A stretch of DNA of 64,000 nucleotides from Candidatus Bathyarchaeota archaeon. Lineage in GTDB: Archaea; Thermoproteota; Bathyarchaeia; Bathyarchaeales; Bathycorpusculaceae. Made by a program: the position numbers and the translations under genes. The stretch covers positions 64,001 through 128,000 of the forward strand of contig CAWFFH010000004.1 of NCBI GenBank assembly GCA_963815095.1. Direction: 5' to 3'. The notes beneath the pieces are model-generated. The model was not told the DNA's origin, searched no databases, and was given only the letters and a program-made list of their open reading frames with translations. Positions 1-8,426 of this stretch are shown here, piece by piece; position 1 is the first letter of the stretch; every line of letters starts with the position of its first letter.

Positions 1-204
1 CAGCAGGTAAAAGCTTGGAAAGAACTTACCCTCCTTCGCTTTCCCTAAATAAACTCCTGCAGAAAAGAAATTTTCCACAATCATGGGCTTCAAAGCGGAA
101 TTTACTAGGTAAAAACGCCCAGTGTTCTCAACCATCAAATCCAAATTCAATGCAATTTGAACTCCGAATTGGAAGGCAAAGTCTGTAATAGCCCATGTGT
201 TCAT
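1..204 (-). CDS. NIP7-like/PUA-domain RNA-binding protein, N-terminal part (runs off the window)
   Basis: Manual translation from ATG 204: MNTWAITDFAFQFG...FFSAGVYLGKAKEGKFFPSFYLL. ATGA overlap with the upstream methyltransferase stop; AGxYLG pattern and context fit archaeal NIP7 homologues. Confidence 0.55.
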   Translation of the reverse strand, partial: MNTWAITDFAFQFGVQIALNLDLMVENTGRFYLVNSALKPMIVENFFSAGVYLGKAKEGKFFPSFYLL

Positions 205-1091
205 GGTTTTGAACTCCGTTTTTTCAATTTACATACGAAGAAACCTTGATTTTCACCGGGCCAAAGTCGCCTGCAATTTTTAATCGAAGGGTCTAATTGC
301 TTTCCAAAAACGTTAATTAACCCTTTTTCCCCGCTGCAATATATTTCTTCAGTTTGGAGGTTGAGGTTTCTTATTGCCCAATCAATGTTTAACTCATCTT
401 CTTCAGGTTCAAGCGAACAAGTAGAGTAAACTAATTCACCCTCATCACTCAGACATTCAACTACTTCCGTTAGAATTTCCCGTTGTAGGCCAGCGTTACG
501 CTCTACGTCCTTTAGGGTTCGGTTTGAGAACCAGTTTTTGTCTGATGCAAAATTGCCCGAGCAAGGTGCATCAACTAGCACCCGATCAAACTTTAGGTTT
601 AATGTGGAGGCTTGTCTTGCATCCAACATATAAACCACTGTATTGCTAACGCGGCAACGCTCCACATGGTTAACTAACGCATTCAACCGCCACTTATCCA
701 CGTCCAAAGCTACAATCACACCCAAGTTCTCCATCAAATCAGCTAAATGTACGGTTTTGCCACCTGGAGCCGCGGCTGCATCGAGTACTTTTTTTCCTTT
801 TAGATGTGTAAAAACGGAGACTGGGATTTGAGCGGCTGCCTCTTGAATAGAATACATGCCCAGAAGGTATTCGGCTGTTGCGCCAGCGGAAACTTTTGAT
901 TCCTGTACCCAGTAGCCTGAGTCGAGGAATGGGATTTTTTGTAGGTGTACGCCTAAATCTGCAAGCCTTTGAATGAGTTTTTTTCCTTTTGCATTAGTAT
1001 TGTTGATTCTGACCGCTTGCTTTAACGTAACCTCTTGGTATTGCCAACCTAACCGTTCATAGCGGTCTGTAAAGAATTCTTTGCCCGACAT
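201..1091 (-). CDS. RsmB/NOL1/NOP2/Sun family RNA m5C methyltransferase
   Basis: VLDAAAAPGGKT, DRVLVDAPCSG and YSTCS motifs. Confidence 0.93.
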   Translation of the reverse strand: MSGKEFFTDRYERLGWQYQEVTLKQAVRINNTNAKGKKLIQRLADLGVHLQKIPFLDSGYWVQESKVSAGATAEYLLGMYSIQEAAAQIPVSVFTHLKGKKVLDAAAAPGGKTVHLADLMENLGVIVALDVDKWRLNALVNHVERCRVSNTVVYMLDARQASTLNLKFDRVLVDAPCSGNFASDKNWFSNRTLKDVERNAGLQREILTEVVECLSDEGELVYSTCSLEPEEDELNIDWAIRNLNLQTEEIYCSGEKGLINVFGKQLDPSIKNCRRLWPGENQGFFVCKLKKRSSKP

Positions 1092-1143
1092 CAGCCTTAG
1101 ATGGCTAAATCAATGATAAAAACTTTTCAACAGACTTCCTATT

Positions 1144-2214
1144 TTAGGTGGTGTTCATCGGTGGCTGCGATGTTTGGTTAAATGGGTCCAGCTTGTCGTA
1201 TTTTTTGTATCGCCAGTAACCAAGTGAAGCGATCCAAGATAAAATGAAGATGCCGATGATTCCGAAGCCTATGATTTCAAAATCTATGGCGTTTAGCCAG
1301 CTCCAGAATAAGCCGTTGAGGTTTAGTTCTGTGGAGAGAACCTGTAGAAGTTCTATAGTACCTATTGCCCAAGCAACTAGAACTGAGATGACTGTGACCG
1401 TTAGGTTGTAGTATATTTTTCTGATAGGGTTTAGGAATGCCCAGCCGTACGCAACTCTCATGGCAACTCCGTCTGCTGTGTCAACGGTTACCATGCCGCA
1501 GGTGAACAGCAATGGAAGGATAAGGATGTAGTAGAGAGGAATGCTTGTGGAAACTCCTATCCCGACGCTTATGGCTATTAGTGCGACTTCGCTTGCCGTG
1601 TCGAACCCTAAACCAAAGAGAACGCCTACTGGATAGATGTGCCATGGTTTGTTTATGACTTTGAAGAGGGGACGGAAGAAACGGTTCAAGAACCCGCGAT
1701 TTTCAAGCAGGTTGTCGAGCTCTTCTTGATTGAGTTTGCCCCGTTTTAAGGTCTGAAAAATCTTGTAAATACCTATAACGATGACCGCGTTTATGAAGCC
1801 TATGATCCAAAGGAAGCTTCCTGAAACCAAGGTTCCTACAACTGCGCCTGTGCTTTGAAGGGTAGGAATGTCAGCTGCAACAGCTCTTGTTGCAAATATT
1901 AGAGCGATTATTAGTGCAACTACAACTGTAGAATGCCCCAGAGAGAACCATAATCCAACTGTGTAAGGGCGTTTTCCATCTTGCATAAGCTTTCTTGTTG
2001 TATTGTCGATTGCGGCTATGTGATCGGCGTCGACTCCGTGGCGCAAACCGAAGACGTAGGCGACGATGCCCAAACCGCCCAGGACCACGGCGATTTTTCC
2101 GATTACAAAAGCTGCTGAGAATCCAACAGCTGTTATGGTTATGAGTACTGAGAAAATTATTGCTATCTGTATTTTTTCGTTGCGTGAGAGATTGATTGCG
2201 GTTTGATTTCCCAT
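1144..2214 (-). CDS. HoxN/HupN/NixA (NiCoT) nickel/cobalt transporter
   Basis: GLRHGVDADHIAAIDN, FSLGHST and LFGLGFDTASE signatures; multiple TM helices. Confidence 0.95.
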   Translation of the reverse strand: MGNQTAINLSRNEKIQIAIIFSVLITITAVGFSAAFVIGKIAVVLGGLGIVAYVFGLRHGVDADHIAAIDNTTRKLMQDGKRPYTVGLWFSLGHSTVVVALIIALIFATRAVAADIPTLQSTGAVVGTLVSGSFLWIIGFINAVIVIGIYKIFQTLKRGKLNQEELDNLLENRGFLNRFFRPLFKVINKPWHIYPVGVLFGLGFDTASEVALIAISVGIGVSTSIPLYYILILPLLFTCGMVTVDTADGVAMRVAYGWAFLNPIRKIYYNLTVTVISVLVAWAIGTIELLQVLSTELNLNGLFWSWLNAIDFEIIGFGIIGIFILSWIASLGYWRYKKYDKLDPFNQTSQPPMNTT

Positions 2215-2229
2215 CTTTACCTGCCCTCA

Positions 2230-2257
2230 GTAACACTATCAAGAAAAATCGTGTTAC
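2230..2257. promoter_or_regulatory. Candidate NikR operator GTAACAC-N14-GTGTTAC
   Basis: Perfect 7-bp inverted repeat between the minus-strand TATA (TTTTATATGAA, 2260-2270) and the NiCoT start; nikR was adjacent before the transposon inserted. Confidence 0.7.
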
Positions 2258-2386
2258 GATTCATATAAAAGCTTTTAGGCGGTTTTGTGAACTTCTCGTC
2301 ATCCATGTATCTTATTCATAGTTTTTTTGTCCATGTGAAAAATCGTCACCTAACTTTTATTTTTTCTATTTTCAAATTTAGTTTTC

Positions 2387-2998
2387 CTATGGCATTGGAA
2401 CCTTTGCCATAAAATTATCTGAAATAGCATCTTCATTGAAAAACTTGTTATCTCGAAGAAAAGCCTCTTTCAATGCAGTAGGAACATAAACTGGGGTTTT
2501 TTGATGTTCATACGACTGGGTCGTAACCCCATCTTTTACTTCTGCTCTAACCCTCTGAACTACATGGGGTTGTGCTGTTGCTTGATATAATTTATCAAGA
2601 CTATATGCTACCTCATCGAGAGCAAAAACAAATTCTCCAGTGTTTATGTCAAACCCTGCTTCTCCAAAACGCATTTTACCATATGCAAGACTAAGACTCT
2701 CAATAAAAGCCTTCAATCGCTCATCAGTCAACAATAAATCAAAATAACCAATTCTTGCTTTTCCACGTTTCAATAAATCGGGCAAGTAATGAATACCTTT
2801 GCTTTTATTATCTAAATGCAGAATGGCTTTGATAAATAATTCAACCGATTGTTCGGCAAGCAAACAACTCGGATAAATCATTCCTTGCATAAAGGAAACT
2901 CTTGCCATAACATAGTTTTCACGAGCGATATGCCATGCCAACAAGAAAGAAATAGGCTGTTTGACTTCTCGGATGGTTAGAAAATTATTCTTAGACAT
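2387..2998 (-). CDS. HEPN-domain protein (transposon passenger)
   Basis: LLAEQSVELFIKAIL...IHYLPDLL...YGKMRFG resembles the HEPN pattern QQAxEKxLKA...HdLxxL...YxxxRY. Confidence 0.6.
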   Translation of the reverse strand: MSKNNFLTIREVKQPISFLLAWHIARENYVMARVSFMQGMIYPSCLLAEQSVELFIKAILHLDNKSKGIHYLPDLLKRGKARIGYFDLLLTDERLKAFIESLSLAYGKMRFGEAGFDINTGEFVFALDEVAYSLDKLYQATAQPHVVQRVRAEVKDGVTTQSYEHQKTPVYVPTALKEAFLRDNKFFNEDAISDNFMAKVPMP

Positions 2999-3088
2999 AA
3001 TAGAATACCCATTCGTTATTTGTTTGGATAAGGTATTTAAAATAAATGAAAAACTGATTCCTCATTTTTCTTTTGAGGGTGATATTGT

Positions 3089-3289
3089 TTGAGTTATGCT
3101 GAAAGAAGTAGGCATTGTTATGGTGGAAATATCAGAAAAGCAAAACGGGTTCAAGCTAAACGGAGTGATTGGGCTAAACATATAGATTCTAAACTGAAGG
3201 CACCTAAAGCTAGAAGTGTTGACCAATGGTTGAGTGCGCCTAACCGATTTGATTTATCGAATGTTGACATCAATAAAAAACGTCAATAA
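3089..3289 (+). CDS. Small basic hypothetical protein (passenger)
   Basis: 66-aa ORF with SD-like GAGGGTGAT upstream of TTG and a T-tract after the stop. Confidence 0.55.
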   Translation: MSYAERSRHCYGGNIRKAKRVQAKRSDWAKHIDSKLKAPKARSVDQWLSAPNRFDLSNVDINKKRQ

Positions 3290-3308
3290 CTTTCTTTTTT
3301 TCTATTGA

Positions 3309-3557
3309 ATGTCAATCGCTGAGAAACTTGGAATTACTAATTTGGACAACGAAGGAAGATTACTCGCTTATTGGCTTTTAATCGTAATTGCTTCTTTCCT
3401 TTCTTTTGTGACTTTAAACAAATTACATCTTCTAAACGAATTTACATTCATTTTTTTGGTTGTTTCTAGTTTCAGTTCTTCTTTTTGTGTTTATAGAACT
3501 TTACAAACAAGTCCAAATACACCAAACCAGCAAGAGCAGAACCAATTGCGAGATTAA
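3309..3557 (+). CDS. Small membrane protein (passenger)
   Basis: Two hydrophobic segments; 3' end overlaps a convergent ORF. Confidence 0.45.
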   Translation: MSIAEKLGITNLDNEGRLLAYWLLIVIASFLSFVTLNKLHLLNEFTFIFLVVSSFSSSFCVYRTLQTSPNTPNQQEQNQLRD

Positions 3558-3912
3558 CCCAAAAATCTTTACGGTAAATTGACCAAAAGCTTGCAATATT
3601 GTCCGTTAGTTCATTTACTAATAAGGTAAGACCTAAAATAGTTCCAAAAAAAGCTAAAAACCCGTAACCTTGTGGTATTGTTAGATTCCCGTTTGCAGTC
3701 ACTTGACAAATTCCATTTCCCCCTCGCATAAAAAGTGGTGTTAAGAAATCTGAAGCTATGAATGCGATTATTGTAACGATAAATAATGTTGCAATTTGTG
3801 TTCCATGAAACCAAAACAAAAAAGCACCAGATAAGATAGCAATTAAGGGAACAGTAAAAAGTGGAAACTTGAAAATTGCCCAAATAGTCTTTAAAAGCGA
3901 TTTTCTTCTCAA
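3472..3912 (-). CDS. Four-TM membrane protein (passenger)
   Basis: Four hydrophobic helices; downstream of the AbrB-like gene on the same strand. Confidence 0.6.
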   Translation of the reverse strand: MRRKSLLKTIWAIFKFPLFTVPLIAILSGAFLFWFHGTQIATLFIVTIIAFIASDFLTPLFMRGGNGICQVTANGNLTIPQGYGFLAFFGTILGLTLLVNELTDNIASFWSIYRKDFWVNLAIGSALAGLVYLDLFVKFYKHKKKN

Positions 3913-3958
3913 TTACATCAGACCTTAATGTTCTTGTTTTATTGTGAAAAAAGACACT

Positions 3959-4141
3959 TTATCGTACTTCTCCTTTTTGCGGTTTAACGATGATTACTAT
4001 TTCACTGCCTTCTGCTTTCAAAATCCACTCTAATTTATCATATTCAGTTAATCCGAATTGCTGTATTATGCTTCGTGGAACTGTTGTTCTCAGGGATTCT
4101 GTTTTTGGTGAGGCTTTGTTTAGGTATGTTATTTCGCCCAT
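3959..4141 (-). CDS. AbrB/MazE/SpoVT-type DNA-binding protein
   Basis: SLRTTVPRSIIQQFGLTEYDKLEW swapped-hairpin pattern; divergent from the transposase. Confidence 0.8.
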   Translation of the reverse strand: MGEITYLNKASPKTESLRTTVPRSIIQQFGLTEYDKLEWILKAEGSEIVIIVKPQKGEVR

Positions 4142-4256
4142 TTTGATACCTTCGTATAGGCATATTAATGAGTCAAGGGGTATTTCAATATACCTATACT
4201 TATGCCTAAAACCTTATTAGGCAGTATAGCTTTAGGTATAAGCAGAGGTATAAGCA

Positions 4257-5387
4257 ATGATGGCGGCACAAACAACCGAAAGACAAGAAAAAGGTCAAAC
4301 AATCGCACATCTAACCAACCAAATACAAAGATTCGACAACTACCACTATGTAGTCAAATCACAAAGCAGTGAAGCAAGCTATAATGTAAACAAAGAATAT
4401 GGTTCATGGAGATGCAACTGCCCCGATCACTTCTACCGACACGTAAAATGCAAACACATCTATGCCGTTGAATTTTCAAATGAACTAAGACTAAAAGTAG
4501 AAGCCAAAAGAATAGTACCACTCGGCAACCTATCAAGCTGTATCCACTGTGGCTCAAGCAACATCGCAAAAAAGGGCTTACGCAAAAACAAATGTGGCAA
4601 CCTTCAGAAATTCTATTGCCTCGACTGCAATAAATGGTTCACTTTCAACATTGGCTTTGAAAGAATGAAACACAATCCTCAAGCAATCACCTCAGCAATG
4701 CAACTCTACTTCAGCGGAGAATCACTTAGAAATACAGCCGAATCACTCAAACTCTTAGGCGTAGAAGTATCTTATCGAACAATCCTAAACTGGATAACAA
4801 AATACGTCAAACTAATGAAAGAATACACAGAAAAAATAACTCCTGAAGTCAGCGACACATGGAGAGCAGACGAACTCTGGATAAAGGTCAGTGGAAACAT
4901 GAAATACCTCTTCTCAATGATGGATGATGAAACAAGATTTTGGATAAGTCAAGAAGTGGCAGAAACAAAAGACAAACACGATGCACGAAAACTGTTACGC
5001 ATGTCAAAAGAAGTTTGCGGAAAAACACCTAAAACCTTCATAACTGATGGGTTAAAATCCTACCATCAAGCATTCAAAAAAGAATTTCAATCATCCGCAA
5101 ACTCAGAAAACAAACATATCAACGAAATCATGCTCAAAGGTTCAGTTCACAACAATAAAATGGAGCGCATGAACGGAGAAATCAGAGATAGAGAAAAAAC
5201 CATGCGAGGACTAAAAATTAACGAAACATCAATTCTCCAAGGAATGCAACTTTATCACAACTACATTAGACCGCATATGGCATTAGACGGCAAAACCCCA
5301 TCAGAAGCATGTGGAATCACGATTGAAGGCGAAAACAAATGGAAAACCCTAATACAAAACGCAAGCCGAAACAACCCAAAAACTTAA
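4257..5387 (+). CDS. IS6-family DDE transposase with N-terminal SWIM finger and Zn ribbon
   Basis: SWIM CNCPD...CKH; CIHCGS...CLDC; DDE motifs WRADELW, FITDGLKSY, NNKMERMNGEIR. Confidence 0.92.
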   Translation: MMAAQTTERQEKGQTIAHLTNQIQRFDNYHYVVKSQSSEASYNVNKEYGSWRCNCPDHFYRHVKCKHIYAVEFSNELRLKVEAKRIVPLGNLSSCIHCGSSNIAKKGLRKNKCGNLQKFYCLDCNKWFTFNIGFERMKHNPQAITSAMQLYFSGESLRNTAESLKLLGVEVSYRTILNWITKYVKLMKEYTEKITPEVSDTWRADELWIKVSGNMKYLFSMMDDETRFWISQEVAETKDKHDARKLLRMSKEVCGKTPKTFITDGLKSYHQAFKKEFQSSANSENKHINEIMLKGSVHNNKMERMNGEIRDREKTMRGLKINETSILQGMQLYHNYIRPHMALDGKTPSEACGITIEGENKWKTLIQNASRNNPKT

Positions 5388-5421
5388 ACATAGAACGCTT
5401 CTAAAATCAACAAGGATTCGC

Positions 5422-6288
5422 TTGAGGACAAATTACCTCTTCCTAAAATACAGAATTATCAAACACAAGAGAGCCCTAAAGTCGGCTGGTTTTGTTGTTT
5501 TGTTGGCAATAATAATAATTGCTGCTTTTGCAGTTACTGTAAATGTTTTAGAAATAGAAACACCATACTTCAACCCACCACCAGAAACAGTTTGGCGCTA
5601 TTTCACACTTACTTATCCACAAAATAGTCCTAATGGTCAACCTCTCACCGTATCAGTAAACTTGACAACACGAGGCGATTTTGCTGTGGGACAAAAAACA
5701 TACATGTATGTAAGCGGCAGTTTAGCAAACAATCTTTTTCAAAATTTATCATTTGTATATCCTTGGGGTTATCAACCAGACAACAATAGCCTCGCATATC
5801 TTGGAGCTATTTCAAATTTAACTGGTATTATGGTAGGATTTGCTGGTGCACCAATATCGACCAATGCAATAGGGTTGCTGCCCTATTTAGCCAATCTGCC
5901 ACCTGATATTCCTAGTCCCAATTTTAGCACATATAGTCCTGTTGGAACAGCAGTACAGCTTATCGCAAATTACACGAACCCTAATTTGCAACAAGGAAAT
6001 AGCTTCGGTAATAATGGAATGTCTGTGGGGGCTCTTACGCAAGAATTAACTTGGACAGCTCAAGGAGATTATCACCCAGAAATTACCTTTTACACAGGCT
6101 CAACTTGGCAAAATGTGGACACTGTTTACAGCAATATCGACATCCATATTGATTCATCAGACGTATTGACTACAGCACGATATAATCGAATAAGTGAAGT
6201 TCTGACAATAGTTCTAGTTATCTTTGCTTTTGTAGAGGCAATTAAGCTAATTCATGAAAACTTCGTAAAACATTACCCAATGAGTTAA
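5422..6288 (+). CDS. Membrane-anchored hypothetical protein (passenger)
   Basis: N- and C-terminal TM helices around an Asn/Thr-rich domain with NxS/T sequons. Confidence 0.7.
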   Translation: MRTNYLFLKYRIIKHKRALKSAGFVVLLAIIIIAAFAVTVNVLEIETPYFNPPPETVWRYFTLTYPQNSPNGQPLTVSVNLTTRGDFAVGQKTYMYVSGSLANNLFQNLSFVYPWGYQPDNNSLAYLGAISNLTGIMVGFAGAPISTNAIGLLPYLANLPPDIPSPNFSTYSPVGTAVQLIANYTNPNLQQGNSFGNNGMSVGALTQELTWTAQGDYHPEITFYTGSTWQNVDTVYSNIDIHIDSSDVLTTARYNRISEVLTIVLVIFAFVEAIKLIHENFVKHYPMS

Positions 6289-6512
6289 TTGTCGTTCCAA
6301 TACCAATAAGCAATACCTATACAGACACCAGCGGCAATCATAAAGGCAAGGATAATCAAACCGAATATTTCTGGAACAGAATTACCACTGCTTAAAGGAT
6401 GGTAATAGAAAACACAAAGAACTATACAGAGAACAGCTAACACTCCAAAAATTGTTCCGAGCCAAAACCATCCCTCTGCAGCTTGACTATCATACTTTCC
6501 CATCTTATGCAC
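6285..6512 (-). CDS. Small two-TM membrane protein (passenger)
   Basis: Two hydrophobic helices; SD-like GAGGA before GTG. Confidence 0.6.
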   Translation of the reverse strand: MHKMGKYDSQAAEGWFWLGTIFGVLAVLCIVLCVFYYHPLSSGNSVPEIFGLIILAFMIAAGVCIGIAYWYWNDN

Positions 6513-6680
6513 TCCTCATAATAAAAAAGAAAAACCCCTCAGAGCCATACTTTTCTTTTAAAATAAGTTAGCCCGAATGCCTCAGATGACGACTTTTCAC
6601 AACGAGATAAGATTTGAAAGATAAAAGTTCAGATGACGAGAAGTTCACAAAACCTTTTAGGCACAACAAACAAATTCTAC

Positions 6681-7100
6681 ATGGGACCAACAATGGCAAA
6701 AGTAACACGAATAGGCGTAACATTCCCACCCGAACTCCTCAAAGACTTCGACGAAATCACCACAAAAATGGGCTACGAAAGCCGTAGCAAAGCCATCCAA
6801 GACGCCGTTAGACTCTATGTTTCCGAGCGCAAATGGGTTAAAGAAGAGAATGCCCAGCAAACAGGCGTTCTATTGATGGTTTACGACCACGACACAAAAG
6901 GACTAGAAAGCGACCTTACCGAAGCACAGCATCACCATACAGAGATGATTACCTCAAGCATGCACATACACCTCGGCGAGCACGACTGCCTCGAAGTCAT
7001 CGCCGTTAAAGGCAAGGGCTCAGAAATCAGGCACCTAAGCGACCACTTAGCCTCAAGAAGAGGAGTAAAAATCCTCAAATCAATGATAGTTTCCGTTTAA
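6681..7100 (+). CDS. nikR: Nickel-responsive regulator NikR
   Basis: RHH N-terminus (RIGVTFP...SRSKAIQDAVR) and Ni-site residues QH...HIH...C. The track start at 6633 lies inside the TIR, so the real start is 6681 or 6693. Confidence 0.93.
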   Translation: MGPTMAKVTRIGVTFPPELLKDFDEITTKMGYESRSKAIQDAVRLYVSERKWVKEENAQQTGVLLMVYDHDTKGLESDLTEAQHHHTEMITSSMHIHLGEHDCLEVIAVKGKGSEIRHLSDHLASRRGVKILKSMIVSV

Positions 7101-8008
7101 CTCTTCACTTCAAACATTCGTTCCAACGAAGCGCGAGCTTTCTTGGCAACTGCTTCAGAAACATTAACCACATTCTTTTCCTCTTTTAAGGCCGAATAGA
7201 GCCTGTCAAGAGTGGTAAGCTTCATGTTGGGGCAGACGGCGCCTTCGTAGGCGAGATAGAAGTTCTTCTTTGGGTTCTCTTTGCGTAGGCGATGAAGTAT
7301 GCCTTCTTCGGTACCGATGATAAAGTCTTTGGCAGGGGATTCTTTGGCGTAACGGCATATTTTGGAGGTGCTGCCTATGAAGTCGGCTACTTTGCGCATT
7401 TCTGAGCTGCATTCAGGGTGAACTAAGGCTACTGCGTTCGGATGTTGCATCTTTAGAACTTTTACATCTTCAGGTTGAAACAGAAGGTGAGTTGGGCAGA
7501 ACCCGTTGGATGGAATGGGTATTAATTTTTTGCCTGTTTTTTCGCTAACATACTCTGCTAGGTTTTTGTCAGGGCCAAACAAGATTGTGTCGGCATCGAG
7601 GGAATTTATGACTTCAACTGCGTTGGCGCTGGTGCAGCAAACATCGCATTCAGCTTTGCATGAAGCCAACGTGTTAACATAAAGCACTACGGGCGCGTTT
7701 GGGTATTGTTTTTTGGCGCGTTTAATTTCATCGACAGTTAACATCTGTGCCATTGGACAACGTGCGCCTAAACATGGCAAAAGCACTTTTTTGCTGGGGT
7801 TTAAAATTGCTGCGGATTCAGCCATGAAATCTACTGCTGAAAAAACAATTATTTCAGCTTCCTTTTCTTCGGCGGCTTTGCGGCTGAGTTCGATGCTGTC
7901 GCCTACATAATCGGCTATATCTTGGATTTCTGGACGCTGGTAGTTATGAGCCAAGATAATGGCTTTTTTTTCTTTTTTGAGTTTTTGGATTTTATCCGAT
8001 AAATCCAT
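7097..8008 (-). CDS. nadA: Quinolinate synthase NadA
   Basis: ILAHNYQ, GDS, YVNT, CCTSANA and HPEC motifs plus three Fe-S cysteines. Confidence 0.96.
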   Translation of the reverse strand: MDLSDKIQKLKKEKKAIILAHNYQRPEIQDIADYVGDSIELSRKAAEEKEAEIIVFSAVDFMAESAAILNPSKKVLLPCLGARCPMAQMLTVDEIKRAKKQYPNAPVVLYVNTLASCKAECDVCCTSANAVEVINSLDADTILFGPDKNLAEYVSEKTGKKLIPIPSNGFCPTHLLFQPEDVKVLKMQHPNAVALVHPECSSEMRKVADFIGSTSKICRYAKESPAKDFIIGTEEGILHRLRKENPKKNFYLAYEGAVCPNMKLTTLDRLYSALKEEKNVVNVSEAVAKKARASLERMFEVKS

Positions 8009-8426
8009 GTTTTCGCCTTGTTTAGAATTAAACGTGAAAAAATAGAAGGGAGAGTTAAAAGATATATGCTTTTACCCTCTTAGGTGGACTTTGAACCCTA
8101 AAAAGCATAGAAAATTGTTCTGCTAGTCTTTTCTGCGAAAGGGTTTATCAAAAACCTCTGCTAACAAAAAGTGGAGCGCCCATTACCTTATATTTAGAAG
8201 GCATCTTTACTGAATAATAGGTTGATTGGTTTGACTGTTGATGCAACTAGAACAAAAAAGCCAAAGCTGCCTAAGAAACGGTTACTGAAAAAAATTAACC
8301 GCAGATAAGCATCATTGAGAATTTTCATGTTTCATTTGTTTTGAAAATATATTGGCGAGGCTGTCTTCCAAAAAATTTTTGCAATAAGAAAGAAAAAATA
8401 ATAAAAATGGTTTTTGGGTCAGCTTA

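Larger units (their letters stand above)
2281..6654 (+). mobile_element. IS6-family transposon carrying passenger genes, 4374 bp
   Basis: Perfect 23-bp TIRs GGTTTTGTGAACTTCTCGTCATC (2281-2303) and GATGACGAGAAGTTCACAAAACC (6632-6654); 8-bp direct repeat TTTTAGGC at 2273-2280 and 6655-6662; one internal DDE transposase. Confidence 0.95.

Noticed and set aside
6633-6680. ORF-track N-terminal extension of NikR
   Set aside because: The ATG lies inside the transposon right TIR; NikR similarity begins at MAKVTRIG
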